A DNA stretch of 64,000 nt from an uncultured Chroococcidiopsis sp. (lineage in GTDB: Bacteria > Cyanobacteriota > Cyanobacteriia > Cyanobacteriales > Chroococcidiopsidaceae), in the NCBI GenBank assembly GCA_964248365.1, contig CAXTYC010000003.1, forward strand, positions 96,001-160,000, in the 5' to 3' direction. Position 1 is the stretch's first letter, and the number at the start of each line of letters is the position of its first letter. Positions 62,820 through 64,000 of the stretch are shown piece by piece. Below the pieces are notes generated by a model. That model had not been told where the DNA came from. It ran no database searches and saw only the letters and a list, made by a program, of their open reading frames with translations. The position numbers and the translations under genes were made by a program.

Positions 62820-64000
62820 GCCGAATTCTACTGTTTTTGGAGCAGACAGAAAACCGCCGCTTGCTGAAGGAGTGGCTAGAAATACATTATCAGGTGTTGC
62901 TTGGTGATGCTCAGGTACAGGCAAGAGATGCTGTTCCCTTGCTCGATCAACCTTTCGACTTATGCATTCTCGATGGTGTTGCTTTGGATCATCTTTGGGA
63001 ATGGGTGCAAGCACGAAAAAAGGTGGAACAGCCAGTTTTTCTTCCTTTTCTCCTAATTACTCCTCACACTGATGTAAAAATGCTTACTCGGCACTTGTGG
63101 CAGAGTGTTGATGAATTGATCACTAAACCAATTGAGAAGTTGGAATTGCAGGCGCGGGTAGAAATTCTGTTGCGATCGCGCCAATTATCCCTACAACTCA
63201 AACACACTAACGAGCAACTGCAAAATGAAATCTCTCAACGCCAGTTAGCCGAAACCCAAAAAGAAATAGCGTTCCATGAACTACAGGAAAGTGAAGCACG
63301 GTTTAGGCACTTAGTTGAATTCAACATGATCGGAATTATGTTAGCAGATACTGGTGGCAAAATTAGAGAAGCTAACGATGCCTTACTGAATATAATAGGT
63401 TACACAAGGGAAGATCTGCTTTCAGATAATATTCGTTGGGACGAAATGACTCCGTCAGAATATCGCCTTGTAGATGAACAGGCGATTGAGCAACTTAAAA
63501 TGACTGGGGTTTGTCCACCTTTTGAGAAGGAATTCATTCGCAAAGATGGTAGTCGGGTTTCCATTTTGATAGGTGCTGTGCTTTTAGATGGTTCCCAAAC
63601 TGATTGTGTTGGCTTTGTCCTTGATATTAGCGATCGCAAACAAGCTGATGCAGAAATTCGCAAGGCTTTAGAACAAGAAAAAAAACTGGGTGAACTCAAA
63701 TCCCGTTTTGTTTCTATGGTGTCTCACGAATTTCGCAACCCACTCAACGCTATCTCAGTTTCTGCACAACTACTAGAACGTTTTGGTGAGAAATGGTCTA
63801 AAGAGAAACACTCCGATTTTTTCCATCGCATCAAAACATCTGTTGGTAGGATGACTGATCTTTTAGATGACGTGCTGCTCCTTGGTAAAGCCGGAGCGGG
63901 GAAGCTACAGTTCAACCCCACATCGCTCGATCTGAAAAATTTTTGTTCCAATTTAGTAGAAGAAATCATCCTCAGTACTGGGAACAAAAATACAATTGCC
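62816..64000 (+). CDS. hybrid sensor histidine kinase (REC-like + PAS + HisKA), truncated by window end
   Basis: ATG 62816 overlaps the REC stop; MSRILLFLEQ..DLCILDG..ITKP, PAS (EANDALLNIIGY, RKDGS), H-box SHEFRNPLNAI. Absent from the ORF track because there is no stop in the window. Confidence 0.9.
   Translation, partial: MSRILLFLEQTENRRLLKEWLEIHYQVLLGDAQVQARDAVPLLDQPFDLCILDGVALDHLWEWVQARKKVEQPVFLPFLLITPHTDVKMLTRHLWQSVDELITKPIEKLELQARVEILLRSRQLSLQLKHTNEQLQNEISQRQLAETQKEIAFHELQESEARFRHLVEFNMIGIMLADTGGKIREANDALLNIIGYTREDLLSDNIRWDEMTPSEYRLVDEQAIEQLKMTGVCPPFEKEFIRKDGSRVSILIGAVLLDGSQTDCVGFVLDISDRKQADAEIRKALEQEKKLGELKSRFVSMVSHEFRNPLNAISVSAQLLERFGEKWSKEKHSDFFHRIKTSVGRMTDLLDDVLLLGKAGAGKLQFNPTSLDLKNFCSNLVEEIILSTGNKNTIA

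Noticed and set aside
63400..63987. Minus-strand ORFs at the window end
   Set aside because: They are antisense shadows of the plus-strand histidine kinase starting at 62816.

Overview
Cyanobacterial chromosomal window: HIP1 octamers (GCGATCGC) occur throughout, with STRR-type short tandem repeats and cyanobacterial genes such as ndhM, NTRC and PatA. The lineage cannot be fixed from sequence alone. Housekeeping genes (amidase fragment, pyrG, ROK kinase, ABC permease, NTRC, rluE, tRNA-Glu, leuD, ndhM, def) frame several accessory blocks. (1) A repeat-structured toxin-antitoxin hotspot at 6.4-9.8 kb holds Uma2, a vapC remnant, higBA and vapBC, separated by HIP1 sites, HIP1 sites split by 24-nt inserts, direct repeats and a perfect 41-bp inverted repeat. 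(2) A type IV pilin locus at 9.9-25 kb has two pilins, a SPINDLY/OGT glycosyltransferase, an islet bracketed by a duplicated OGT 3' end, and an inverted three-gene glycan cassette: a HAD plus PRT-like putative ribofuranosyltransferase, a GT4-GT41 fusion and a TPR-GH68/32 fusion, linked by shared terminal domains. (3) An FHA-kinase/PP2C pair, a frameshifted ferredoxin and EPS genes. (4) A PatA-CheW-DXCF-GAF MCP-CheA phototaxis-like operon. (5) A TerY-P triad beside a MITE-disrupted ggt remnant and tRNA-Glu. (6) A PP2C / CHAT-FHA / FHA-PrsW cluster. (7) A KaiC-like ATPase-REC-hybrid kinase operon that runs off the end. The best candidates for an undescribed system are the modular pilin-glycosylation cassette and the HIP1-structured TA cassette array. 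All calls come from motif recognition by eye; no searches were run.
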